Source: Longimicrobiales bacterium
GTDB taxonomy: Bacteria > Gemmatimonadota > Gemmatimonadetes > Longimicrobiales > Gaopeijiaceae
Direction of reading: 5' to 3'
Assembly (NCBI GenBank): GCA_965202805.1
Contig: OZ241869.1
Span: forward strand, 3,648,001-3,712,000
Length of the DNA: 64,000 nt
The notes beneath the pieces were generated by a model. It ran no database searches. It saw only the letters and a list, made by a program, of their open reading frames with translations, and was not told the DNA's origin. Positions 55,492-64,000 of this stretch are shown here, piece after piece. The position numbers and the translations under genes are program-made. Every line of letters begins with the position of its first letter. Position 1 is the stretch's first letter.

Positions 55492-57732
55492 ATGAACGAG
55501 CATCGCCCGCCCTACCTCGCCGCCGTCATCGCCGGCGCTTCGATCTTCCTCCTGTACGCCGTCACGCTGGCGCCCACCACTGCGTTCTGGGACACGAGCG
55601 AGTACATCGCGACCGGGTACATCCTCGGGATCCCGCATCCACCCGGAAACCCGCTCTTCGTGGTGCTGGCGAGGGTGTGGATCGTGCTGCTGTCGCCGCT
55701 GGGGCTGCCGGTCGCGGTGCGGGTGAACCTGCTGGCCGCCTTCACCTCGGCGGCGGCGAGCGGGTTCTTCTTCCTGGTGGCCCACCGCATCGCGTGGGGG
55801 CTGCTGGGCAACCACCGGCGGGCGCTGGTGGGGGCGGCGGCGAGCGCGGTTCTGGGCGCCACCGCCTTCACCGTGTGGAACCAGTCCGTGGTCAACGAGA
55901 AGGTCTATACGGTCAGCGTGCTGGTGATCGCCGCGGTGACCTGGCTGGCGGTGCGCTGGCGGGACCGGCGAGAAGAACCGGGGAGTGGGCGTCTCCTGCT
56001 GGTCGCGGGCTACCTGATGATCCTGGGCTGGTCCAACCACACCATGTCGCTCCTGCCGGTGCCGGCGCTGGGCCTGATGCTGCTCATGACGGCTCCGAGG
56101 GTGCTCCTGCGCCGCGACCTGTGGATCCGCGCGCTCCCCCTCATCGTCGTCGGCCTGTCCTTCAACGTGTTCCTGCCGATTCGCGCCGCCCAGCGCCCGG
56201 TGATCAACGAGGGCGACCCGCTCTGCGCGTCCGCCGGCGAGGTGGCGGCCGCCGTTCTCACCGCCGGGAACGCGGGATGTCCCAGGCTCGCGTCGGTTCT
56301 TCAGCGGGACCAGTATGCGCCGCCGCCTCTCGCCCAGCGCCAGGCGCCCCTCGCCTCGCAGTTCCAGCATTACTTCCAGTACTTCGACTGGCAGTGGGCG
56401 CGGGGGCTGGACCCTCCTCCCGTACCGAGCGGCAAGCGAGCGCCGGTCACCGGGGTCTTCCTGGCCCTGGGCCTGTTCGGCCTGCTCGTCATCCGGCGCG
56501 TGGACAGGCAGCTGTTCGCCTACATGGCGACGTTGACGGTGACCGTAACGGTCGCGCTCGTGATCTACCTGAACTTCAAGTACGGCTATTCGCTGGCGCC
56601 CGAGATCGCCGATCCGGATCTGCACGAGGTGCGCGAACGCGACTACTTCTACATCGCCGGGTTCATCGTGTGGGGCGTGCTGGCGGGGATCGGGCTCACC
56701 GGGGTCTGGCACACGGTCGCGCGGGGTATGGGGTGGACGGACCCGGTTGCGGGGAGCCGGGCGCCGAAGCGGGGGGGCAGGCTGGCTCTGAGCCTGGTCA
56801 CGTGCCTGGGGGCGCTCATCGCGCTGACGCCCCTGGCGGCCAACTGGCGCTGGGCGAGCCGCGCCGGGGACTACGCGGCACGCGACTGGGCGTACGATCT
56901 GTTGCAGAGCGTCGAGCCCTACAGTGTCCTGTTCACCAACGGGGACAACGACACCTTCCCGCTCTGGTATCTCCAGGAAGTGGAGGGGATTCGCAGGGAT
57001 GTCACGGTCATCGTGGGGCAGTACCTCTTCACCCGGTGGTATCCCCGGCAGCTGCAGGAGCTCACCCGGCCCGGCCGGCAGCGGCCCTTCGAGCCCGACG
57101 AGCGGGTCGCCGGCCTGTACCCCATGCGCGAGATGCCCGCTCGCCCGATCCTCTCGCTCGCGCCGGAGGAAATCGACCAGATTCAGGGGGCCGCCACTCC
57201 GCAGGACGCGAACGTCCGCCTTGGGCCGCTCGTGGTGCAGTACCCGCGCGGAACCTACCTCGACCGGGGCGACCAGGTGGCGCTGGCGATCATCCGCGAC
57301 AGCATCTCCGAGCGCCCCATCTACTTCGCGTGGACCGGGGGGATCATCCGCTCGCTGGGCCTGCACGACTACGGGGTCCGGCAGGGGCTCGCGACCCGGC
57401 TGGTCCTGCGCGACCTCGAAACCGACGGGCGCTTCGTCAAGGCCGACGATGCCCTGGGCGGCGAGTGGATCGATCTGGAACGCACGCGCCGGCTGTCCAG
57501 CGAAGTCATGATGGCCCGCAGCCTCCGATACCGCGATATCTGGGCCGACCGCACCACCCTGAACATCCCGTACTACTACTTCCACTTCAGCCGCCTGCTC
57601 TTCGACAGTGGTTCCGCCGCCGGGCTTCCCGCGGACGAACTCGCCCGCTACCGCGGCGACATGGAGGCGTTCGGCGTCACCATGCAGGGCGGATACCGGG
57701 TGATTCCCGAGCCGGAGCCCGGGGCCGGATGA
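55492..57732 (+). CDS. DUF2723 / TMEM260-like GT-C membrane glycosyltransferase
   Basis: TLAPT..FWDTSEY..GIPHPPGNPLF, EVRERDYFY, FTNGDNDTFPLWYLQEVEG. Confidence 0.88.
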   Translation: MNEHRPPYLAAVIAGASIFLLYAVTLAPTTAFWDTSEYIATGYILGIPHPPGNPLFVVLARVWIVLLSPLGLPVAVRVNLLAAFTSAAASGFFFLVAHRIAWGLLGNHRRALVGAAASAVLGATAFTVWNQSVVNEKVYTVSVLVIAAVTWLAVRWRDRREEPGSGRLLLVAGYLMILGWSNHTMSLLPVPALGLMLLMTAPRVLLRRDLWIRALPLIVVGLSFNVFLPIRAAQRPVINEGDPLCASAGEVAAAVLTAGNAGCPRLASVLQRDQYAPPPLAQRQAPLASQFQHYFQYFDWQWARGLDPPPVPSGKRAPVTGVFLALGLFGLLVIRRVDRQLFAYMATLTVTVTVALVIYLNFKYGYSLAPEIADPDLHEVRERDYFYIAGFIVWGVLAGIGLTGVWHTVARGMGWTDPVAGSRAPKRGGRLALSLVTCLGALIALTPLAANWRWASRAGDYAARDWAYDLLQSVEPYSVLFTNGDNDTFPLWYLQEVEGIRRDVTVIVGQYLFTRWYPRQLQELTRPGRQRPFEPDERVAGLYPMREMPARPILSLAPEEIDQIQGAATPQDANVRLGPLVVQYPRGTYLDRGDQVALAIIRDSISERPIYFAWTGGIIRSLGLHDYGVRQGLATRLVLRDLETDGRFVKADDALGGEWIDLERTRRLSSEVMMARSLRYRDIWADRTTLNIPYYYFHFSRLLFDSGSAAGLPADELARYRGDMEAFGVTMQGGYRVIPEPEPGAG

Positions 57733-58964
57733 GGATTCAGGTTTCCGAAGGCCGCCGGGGTCAGGCGGGTGCCGAGGGTTCGAGGAGCCGGCTGACGCCG
57801 CCGGAACTGCTTCGCTACGCCCGGCACCTGGTCCTGCCCGAGGTCGGCCTCGCCGGACAGCGCAGGCTCAAGTCGGCGCGCGTGCTGGTGGTGGGCGCCG
57901 GGGGACTGGGTTCGCCGGTGGCGCTCTACCTGGCCGCGGCCGGGGTGGGTACGCTCGGCCTCGTGGACTTCGACGAGGTCGACGCGACCAACCTCCAGCG
58001 TCAGATCCTCCACGGGGAGTCGGACGTGGGCCGGCTGAAGCTCGATTCCGCCCGCGACCGGCTCGCCGAGACCAACCCCCATGTCGAGGTCGTCACCCAC
58101 GACGCCAGGCTGAGCAGCGCAAACGCCCTGTCCGTGCTGGCCGACTACGACGTGGTCGTGGACGGCACGGACAACTTCCCCACCCGCTACCTGGTGAACG
58201 ACGCCTGCGTGATGCTCGGCAAGCCCAACGTGTACGGCTCCGTGCACCGCTGGGAGGGGCAGGTGTCGGTGTTCGCCACACGCGGCGGTCCCTGCTACAG
58301 GTGCCTCTTCCGCGAGCCGCCCCCGCCGGGCCTGGTGCCCAACTGCGCCGAGGGCGGCGTACTGGGCGTCGTCCCCGGAGTGGTGGGTTCCCTGCAGGCG
58401 CTCGAGACCGTGAAGCTGATTCTCGGACGGGGAAGTCCGCTCGCGGGACGGCTGCTCATCTTCGACGGGCTGGAGCTGGAGTGGCGCGAGGTCGCCATCC
58501 GGCGTGATCCCGCCTGTCCCGTATGTGGCGACAAGCCCACCCAGACCGAACTCATCGACTACGAACTCTTCTGCGGCGTGCAGCCGGAGGCCGAACCCAT
58601 GACCCTGCCCGCAAACGAAGGATCCCCTGAATCGGCGGGTCCCGGAGGCATAGACGTACTTGAGGCCAGCGCCCGCCTGACGGGCCGGACCCCGCCTTTT
58701 CTCCTGGACGTGCGCGAGGCCTGGGAATGGGACATTTCCAACCTGGCCCCGCAGGGCGCGGTGCTGATTCCGATGGGCGACGTAGGCGCCCGCCTCCACG
58801 AAATCCCGCGCGACCGCCAGATCATCGTCCACTGCCGCACCGGCGTCCGCAGCGGGGACATCGCGAGCCAGCTCTGGCGGGCGGGCTACCGCGACGTGCT
58901 GAACATGGAGGGGGGGATCAACGACTGGGCCCGGCAGATCGATCCCGGGCTCCGGATCTACTGA
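57729..58964 (+). CDS. moeB: Molybdopterin-synthase adenylyltransferase MoeB with C-terminal rhodanese (MoeZ/MOCS3-type)
   Basis: RYARHLVLPEVG, GAGGLG, NLQRQ, DGTDNF, CYRC, CPVC, HCRTGVRS; ATGA overlap with DUF2723. Confidence 0.92.
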   Translation: MRIQVSEGRRGQAGAEGSRSRLTPPELLRYARHLVLPEVGLAGQRRLKSARVLVVGAGGLGSPVALYLAAAGVGTLGLVDFDEVDATNLQRQILHGESDVGRLKLDSARDRLAETNPHVEVVTHDARLSSANALSVLADYDVVVDGTDNFPTRYLVNDACVMLGKPNVYGSVHRWEGQVSVFATRGGPCYRCLFREPPPPGLVPNCAEGGVLGVVPGVVGSLQALETVKLILGRGSPLAGRLLIFDGLELEWREVAIRRDPACPVCGDKPTQTELIDYELFCGVQPEAEPMTLPANEGSPESAGPGGIDVLEASARLTGRTPPFLLDVREAWEWDISNLAPQGAVLIPMGDVGARLHEIPRDRQIIVHCRTGVRSGDIASQLWRAGYRDVLNMEGGINDWARQIDPGLRIY

Positions 58965-59052
58965 GGGCGTCGAGACGCGGCTCGTACCCGGATCTCCCTT
59001 CGGTCCGCGTGCATCACCGCTCGAAGGCCGGGCGGCGTTCGTCCGCCGGCTG

Positions 59053-61221
59053 CTAGTACGCCGCCAGTTCGCGGATTGCAGCGACCACGTCGGGCACCTG
59101 CGGGAGGATGACCTCCTCGAGCTGCGGCGCGTACGCGACCCAGCAGTCCCGGGAGGCGATTCGCCGCACCGGCGCATCCAGCCACTCGAAGAGTTCATCG
59201 GCGACCCGGGCCGCGATCTCGGCACCGTAGCCCCACGAGAGCCCGTCCTCGTAGGCGACCAGCACGCGGTTGGTCTTCCGCACCGACGTCGCGATGGCAT
59301 CCATGTCGAAGGGCGACAGGCTGCGCAGGTCCACGATCTCGGCCTCGATACCGTCCCGTTCCGACGCCACGCGGGCGGCGTCCAGGCTGCGCTTCACCAG
59401 CGCGCCGCAGGTCACGATGGTGAGATCCGACCCCTCGCGCGCGACGCGCGCCTTCCCGAACGGGATCATGAAATCCCTCCCGGGCTCGCGACTCTTGTTG
59501 TACACCTGCCGGTACAGGTGTTTGTGCTCGAGGAAGATGACGGGATCGTCGCAGCGGATCGCGGTGCGCAGGAGCCCGCTGGCATCGACTGCGTTCGAGG
59601 GCAGGACGACGCGCAGTCCCGGCGTGTGCGTGAACAGGGACGCTCCGGTCTGCGAGTGGTAGATGCCTCCGCCCGTGAGATAGCCGCCGAAGGGGACCCG
59701 GATGACCACGGGCGCATCGAAGGCGCTGTTCGAGCGGTAGCGCATGGTGGCCAGCTCGTTGCGAATCTGCATGAACGCCGGCCAGATGTAGTCGAAGAAC
59801 TGGATCTCGACGACGGGCTTGAGCCCGCGGGCCGCCATCCCGATCGCGCGCCCGACGATGTTGGCCTCGGCGAGGGGCGAGTTGAAGACGCGGTCGCTGC
59901 CGAAGCGCTTCTGGAGCCCGTGGGTCACCTTGAAGACGCCGCCCTTGCCCTGCACGTGCTCCAGGGCCTCCTCGCGTGAAGCGTCGGCCACATCCTGGCC
60001 GAAAACGACGATGCGCGGATCACGCTCCATTTCGTCGCCGAGGCAGCGGTTTATGAGGTCGACCATGGTCAGTTGCTTGCTTCCGCGGTCGAACTCCGCC
60101 GAGGCCTCCGTGTCGAATTCCGGGCGCGTAGGGGGCGCGGTCTCGGAGTAGAGGTTCACGAGCGCCCGCTCCGGCGGAGGCTGGGGTTGCCCGATCGCCT
60201 CGCTGGCCGCCTCTCGAACGGCGACATGGGCCTCGGTCTCGATGCGGTCGAGTTCCTCCGCGGTGGCGACCTTGAGGTCCAGCAGGAGCTGGCGGGTGCG
60301 GGTCAACGGGTCCCGTTCCTCTTCGGCGAACCGTTCTTCGACCGTCCGGTAGGCGCGCTCGTCGTCCGACATCGAGTGCGAGTAGGGCCGGATCGTGGAG
60401 GCGTGCACCAGCGCCGGCCCTCGTCCCCGCCGGCAGTGGTGCACGGCGGCGCGGCTCGCCTTGTAGCTGTCGATGACATCGGTGCCGTCGCATTTCGCGA
60501 TGAACAGATCCGGGAAGGAGGAAGCGAGTCCGGAGATGCTCCCCCCGGCGGTCTGGATCTCCACCGGCACCGAGATCGCGTAGCCGTTGTCCTCGATCAG
60601 AAAAATCACCGGGAGCTTCAGCGTGCAGGCGGTGTTGAGCGCCTCCCAGAATTCGCCTTCCGAGGTGGCGCCCTCTCCGGCCGAGACCAGCACGACTTCG
60701 TCCTCTTCCACCTGCCCCACGCGCTTCCGCATGCCCGGCAGCCCGGCAGCCCGACGGCCGCCCTCGGCACACCCCACGGCCTGCAGAAACTGCGTTCCGG
60801 TGGGCGATGACATGCTCGTGATGTTGAGGCGCGGATCGCAGAAGTGGCACGGCATCTGCCGCCCGGCGGATGCGGGATCGGCCTCAGCGGCCACCGCCTG
60901 CAGGAAGTGTTCGAACGGGGTCTGGCCCAGAGCCAGGGAGAGCGCCCGGTCGCGGTAGTAGAGATAGAACCAGTCGTGGGCCGGCCTCAGATGGGCGGCC
61001 ATGGCCACGCCGATCGCCTCATGGCCCGCGCTCGATATCTGGAAGAAGGTCTTGTTCTGCCGCTTGAGCGTGATCTCGCGGTCGTCGATGCCGCGCGAAG
61101 TGACCATGATGCGGTAGAACTCGACCAACTGGGTCGAGGTCAGGGCGAGCCCTTCGCCGGGGGCCTTTCTGCGGTCACCGGCAGGCGCGTCAGGACGGAG
61201 TGTTCGGGTGTCGGGTACCAT
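59053..61221 (-). CDS. Fused 2-oxoacid dehydrogenase E1 alpha/beta (probably branched-chain)
   Basis: [30 protein letters not shown] motif, HSMSDD; beta part FNSPLAE, EIQFFDY, YHSQ, EHK. Confidence 0.88.
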   Translation of the reverse strand: MVPDTRTLRPDAPAGDRRKAPGEGLALTSTQLVEFYRIMVTSRGIDDREITLKRQNKTFFQISSAGHEAIGVAMAAHLRPAHDWFYLYYRDRALSLALGQTPFEHFLQAVAAEADPASAGRQMPCHFCDPRLNITSMSSPTGTQFLQAVGCAEGGRRAAGLPGMRKRVGQVEEDEVVLVSAGEGATSEGEFWEALNTACTLKLPVIFLIEDNGYAISVPVEIQTAGGSISGLASSFPDLFIAKCDGTDVIDSYKASRAAVHHCRRGRGPALVHASTIRPYSHSMSDDERAYRTVEERFAEEERDPLTRTRQLLLDLKVATAEELDRIETEAHVAVREAASEAIGQPQPPPERALVNLYSETAPPTRPEFDTEASAEFDRGSKQLTMVDLINRCLGDEMERDPRIVVFGQDVADASREEALEHVQGKGGVFKVTHGLQKRFGSDRVFNSPLAEANIVGRAIGMAARGLKPVVEIQFFDYIWPAFMQIRNELATMRYRSNSAFDAPVVIRVPFGGYLTGGGIYHSQTGASLFTHTPGLRVVLPSNAVDASGLLRTAIRCDDPVIFLEHKHLYRQVYNKSREPGRDFMIPFGKARVAREGSDLTIVTCGALVKRSLDAARVASERDGIEAEIVDLRSLSPFDMDAIATSVRKTNRVLVAYEDGLSWGYGAEIAARVADELFEWLDAPVRRIASRDCWVAYAPQLEEVILPQVPDVVAAIRELAAY

Positions 61222-61405
61222 GTCTGCTATGTGGAACCGTCGCGCGGGCGATCGACTCGCACGCGGACGGGCTGGCGTGTCCTGGACCCCCGGCCTGCGA
61301 TCGGCGTGGCTGCCCCGGATCGAGTTGTGCTGAAGGACCTGCTTGCCGAAAAGATAGCCGGAGCGAGCAACACGGTCCAACCACCGTGGTCAACCGGCTG
61401 GCCCG

Positions 61406-63547
61406 TCAGGGCTCTCCGGCGGCGTCCAGCTGGTCGGCCAGGGCGCGGGGATCGACTACGGGCCTCTGGCAGGTGTAGTCGTGGCAGACGTGGGCGCGCG
61501 GCGCTCCGTCGCCCGTGCCGCCCGCCTCCAGGCGCCAGGGGGCCCGCGGCGTCCTGCCCGCTTCGTCGCCCGTGACCAGGCGGTCGGGCAGATAGCGCCT
61601 GTGCGCCGCCTGCAGCAGCGCCCGGGTGGCGTCGTCATCGGGGTCGCCCTCGATGACCACTTCGACGCCGGGCCGGTCGAAGGCGTCGGCCACGGTCAGC
61701 AGCCTTCCGTACGCGCTGGGGAAGCGCGCCATCGCGGCCGCCTCGCTGGCCAGCACCCCTGCCGCAAGGGCGCGGAGGTCCTCCCGGTCCAGAAGGCGGC
61801 CCAGGCGCAGCAGCACCTCGGCCGCCAGGGAGTTGCCGGACGGTGTGGCGTTGTCAGTGGCGTCGCGGGGGCGCACCACCAGCGCCGGATCCGCTCTGTG
61901 GGTGTCGTAGAACAGGCCGCTCGCGCGGTCGAAGAATCCCTGCACGAGCGCCTCCGCAATCTCCGTGGCACGGTCCAGCCAGGCGGCCCGGAGCGTCGCT
62001 TCGTGCAGCGCAAGGAAGGCCCCCGCCAGCGATGCGTAGTCTTCCAGAAACCCTCCCACCGGCGAGGGTCGGTCCTTGTGGCTGCGGAGCAGGCGGCCGC
62101 CATGCCGCAGTTGGGCGAGGATGAACTCTCCCGCCTGCTCGGCTGCGCGCACGTACTCGCGCCGTCCCAGGGCTGCCCCGGCTTCGGCCAGGACGCGAAT
62201 CGCGAAGCCGTTCCAGGCCACGATCACCTTTTCGTCCCTGAAGGGCGGTTCGCGGTGCGCCCGGGCTTCGAGGAGAACGGCCGACGCCCGTACCAGCACG
62301 GCGTGCAGTTCCTCCGGCGCAAGCCCCTCCGCCCTCGCCACCGACTCCGGGTCGTGGGGGAGGTGGAGGATGTTGCGGCCCTCGAAGTTGCCGCCCGGGG
62401 TGACGTCGTAGCAGCGCCGGAACAGGCGCGCCGCGGACGGTTCGAGGAGTTCGTCAACCTCCTCCGCGGTCCAGAGGTAGAAGAGCCCCTCCTCCCCCTC
62501 CGAGTCCGCATCGCGCGCGGAGTAGAACCCGCCATCCGGCGAGCACAGGTCGGTGAGCATGTAGGCCAGCGTCTTCTCGACGACCGCCAGGAACTCGGCG
62601 TCCCCCGTGCACAGGTGAGCCTGCAGATAGGCGCTCGCGAGCAACGCGTTGTCGTAGAGCATCTTCTCGAAGTGCGGCACCAGCCAGGCCGCGTCGACCG
62701 TGTAGCGGTGGAATCCCCCGCCCAGCTGATCGTGGATGCCTCCGCGCGCCATCCTGCGCAGCGTATGCGTCACAATGGACAGCAGCTGATCGTCCCCCGA
62801 GGCGCGATGAACCCGCAGCATCAGTTCCAGCACCATGGGCTGGGGGAACTTGGGGGCGCGCCCGAAGCCTCCGTGGATGGAGTCATGGCCGCGGGCGATG
62901 TTGCCGCAGGCGGCGCGTGCCAGCCCGGTTCGAGCCTCGCGGTCGTCGGGTGACGCCCGTCCTGCATCCGGGGGCGTCATGGAGCGCTCGAGCAACCCGC
63001 GCATCCGGCTTGCGGCCTCCCGCACCTCGGCCTTGCGCCCCGTGTACGCCCGCCCGGCGGCGTCGAGCACCTGGCGGAACGACGGCATGCCGTGGCGAGG
63101 TTCCGGCGGGAAGTAGGTGCCGCCGTAGTAGGGCAGCCCCTGCGGGGTCAGGAATGCGGTCAGCGGCCACCCGCCCTGTCCGGTGATGCTCTGGACCGCA
63201 CGCATGTAGATCGCGTCCAGGTCGGGCCGCTCCTCCCGGTCGACCTTGATGTTGACGAAACGCTCGTTCATCAGGGCGGCCGTCCCGTCGTCCTCGAAGG
63301 ACTCGCGCTCCATGACGTGGCACCAGTGGCAGGCGGAATAGCCGATGGAGAGGAGGATGGGCCGGTCTTCGTCGCGGGCCCGGGCGAGCGCTTCATCGCC
63401 CCACGGATACCAGTCCACCGGGTTGCCGGCGTGCTGCAGCAGATAGGGGCTGGTCTCGCGCGCCAGCCGGTTGGCCGCGCGTTCGCCGGTAGCCGGCTGC
63501 GGGTGGCCGGAGGAATCCGCTGGCGGGGAGGGCGGTGTGCGGGTCAT
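61406..63547 (-). CDS. YyaL/SPATA20-like thioredoxin-domain protein (DUF255)
   Basis: [42 protein letters not shown]. Confidence 0.92.
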   Translation of the reverse strand: MTRTPPSPPADSSGHPQPATGERAANRLARETSPYLLQHAGNPVDWYPWGDEALARARDEDRPILLSIGYSACHWCHVMERESFEDDGTAALMNERFVNIKVDREERPDLDAIYMRAVQSITGQGGWPLTAFLTPQGLPYYGGTYFPPEPRHGMPSFRQVLDAAGRAYTGRKAEVREAASRMRGLLERSMTPPDAGRASPDDREARTGLARAACGNIARGHDSIHGGFGRAPKFPQPMVLELMLRVHRASGDDQLLSIVTHTLRRMARGGIHDQLGGGFHRYTVDAAWLVPHFEKMLYDNALLASAYLQAHLCTGDAEFLAVVEKTLAYMLTDLCSPDGGFYSARDADSEGEEGLFYLWTAEEVDELLEPSAARLFRRCYDVTPGGNFEGRNILHLPHDPESVARAEGLAPEELHAVLVRASAVLLEARAHREPPFRDEKVIVAWNGFAIRVLAEAGAALGRREYVRAAEQAGEFILAQLRHGGRLLRSHKDRPSPVGGFLEDYASLAGAFLALHEATLRAAWLDRATEIAEALVQGFFDRASGLFYDTHRADPALVVRPRDATDNATPSGNSLAAEVLLRLGRLLDREDLRALAAGVLASEAAAMARFPSAYGRLLTVADAFDRPGVEVVIEGDPDDDATRALLQAAHRRYLPDRLVTGDEAGRTPRAPWRLEAGGTGDGAPRAHVCHDYTCQRPVVDPRALADQLDAAGEP

Positions 63548-64000
63548 GGCTGGTCACCGCCTGCGCCGCCCGCACCGCTCCCCACGCCCCGCATCACCGA
63601 GAGCACCTGCTCGCGGAAGGCGCCCGCCCGCTCCAGCACCTCCGCCTCGCGCACCGTCAGCACCTCGCGATCGCGCACCACCAGGCGTCCGTTCACCAGA
63701 ACCGTGGCGACGTCGCTCCCGCGCGTCGCGTACACCAGGTGCGAGTAGACGTCGTACAGCGGCGTGAGCCCGGCCCGGCGGGTGTCCACCAGCACGACGT
63801 CCGCGCGCTTCCCCGGCTCGAGCGATCCAATCTTGTCGTGCAGGCCGAGGACCCGGGCGCCGCCCATGGTGGCGAGGCGGAACACCGTCTCGGCGGGAAG
63901 CGCCGTGGGATCGGCCATGGCGAACTTGTGGAGCTTCGCCGCGGTGTCCATCTCGTCGAAGAGGTCCAGATCGTTGTTGCTGGCCGGTCCGTCGGTTCCG
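63544..64000 (-). CDS. Amidohydrolase (MtaD/TrzA-like deaminase), 5'-partial
   Basis: Frame is open to the window end: [17 protein letters not shown]...AT.GGA..LG...[11 protein letters not shown]. Confidence 0.85.
   Translation of the reverse strand, partial: GTDGPASNNDLDLFDEMDTAAKLHKFAMADPTALPAETVFRLATMGGARVLGLHDKIGSLEPGKRADVVLVDTRRAGLTPLYDVYSHLVYATRGSDVATVLVNGRLVVRDREVLTVREAEVLERAGAFREQVLSVMRGVGSGAGGAGGDQP

Noticed and set aside
55677..58964. Apparent 1095-aa MoeB fusion
   Set aside because: The N-terminal 684 codons are an off-frame shadow of DUF2723. MoeB begins at the ATGA overlap at 57729.

Overview
High-GC (about 70% by eye) bacterial chromosome segment with about 43 densely packed protein genes. 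Both edge genes are partial. I saw no rRNA, tRNA, CRISPR array, integrase or transposase. The gene content (exported amidohydrolase, NHL protein, CBM9/DUF5916 barrel, TonB receptor + DUF4249, HEAT-cyclophilin, DUF2723, fused 2-oxoacid E1) suggests a diderm such as Gemmatimonadota, possibly host-associated; this is inference only. Recognisable core genes are lhr, apt, mtaB, moeB, a fused E1 alpha/beta, ggt, a MATE pump and a Tat-exported PaoABC-like molybdo-flavoenzyme. Accessory pieces are a vapBC pair, a Fic protein, two AAA_14/DUF4143 ATPase-nuclease paralogues and an orphan RND next to an MpaB/Lcp-like oxygenase. The best candidate for an undescribed system is the cluster at 31838-35444: exported rhodanese + RnfD/NqrB(UnbU)-like membrane protein fused to four CX7C Sel1-like repeats + membrane-anchored FGE-fold protein with CxxC, possibly an extracytoplasmic sulfur/thiol redox relay. 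Also notable: four independent in-frame tandem-repeat expansions in lhr, a membrane protein with three winged-helix-like modules resembling plant/cyanobacterial At5g03900, and several orphan operator-like dyads. All family calls come from motif recognition by eye; no database searches were run. Where a start codon differs from the ORF track, I chose it by hand.
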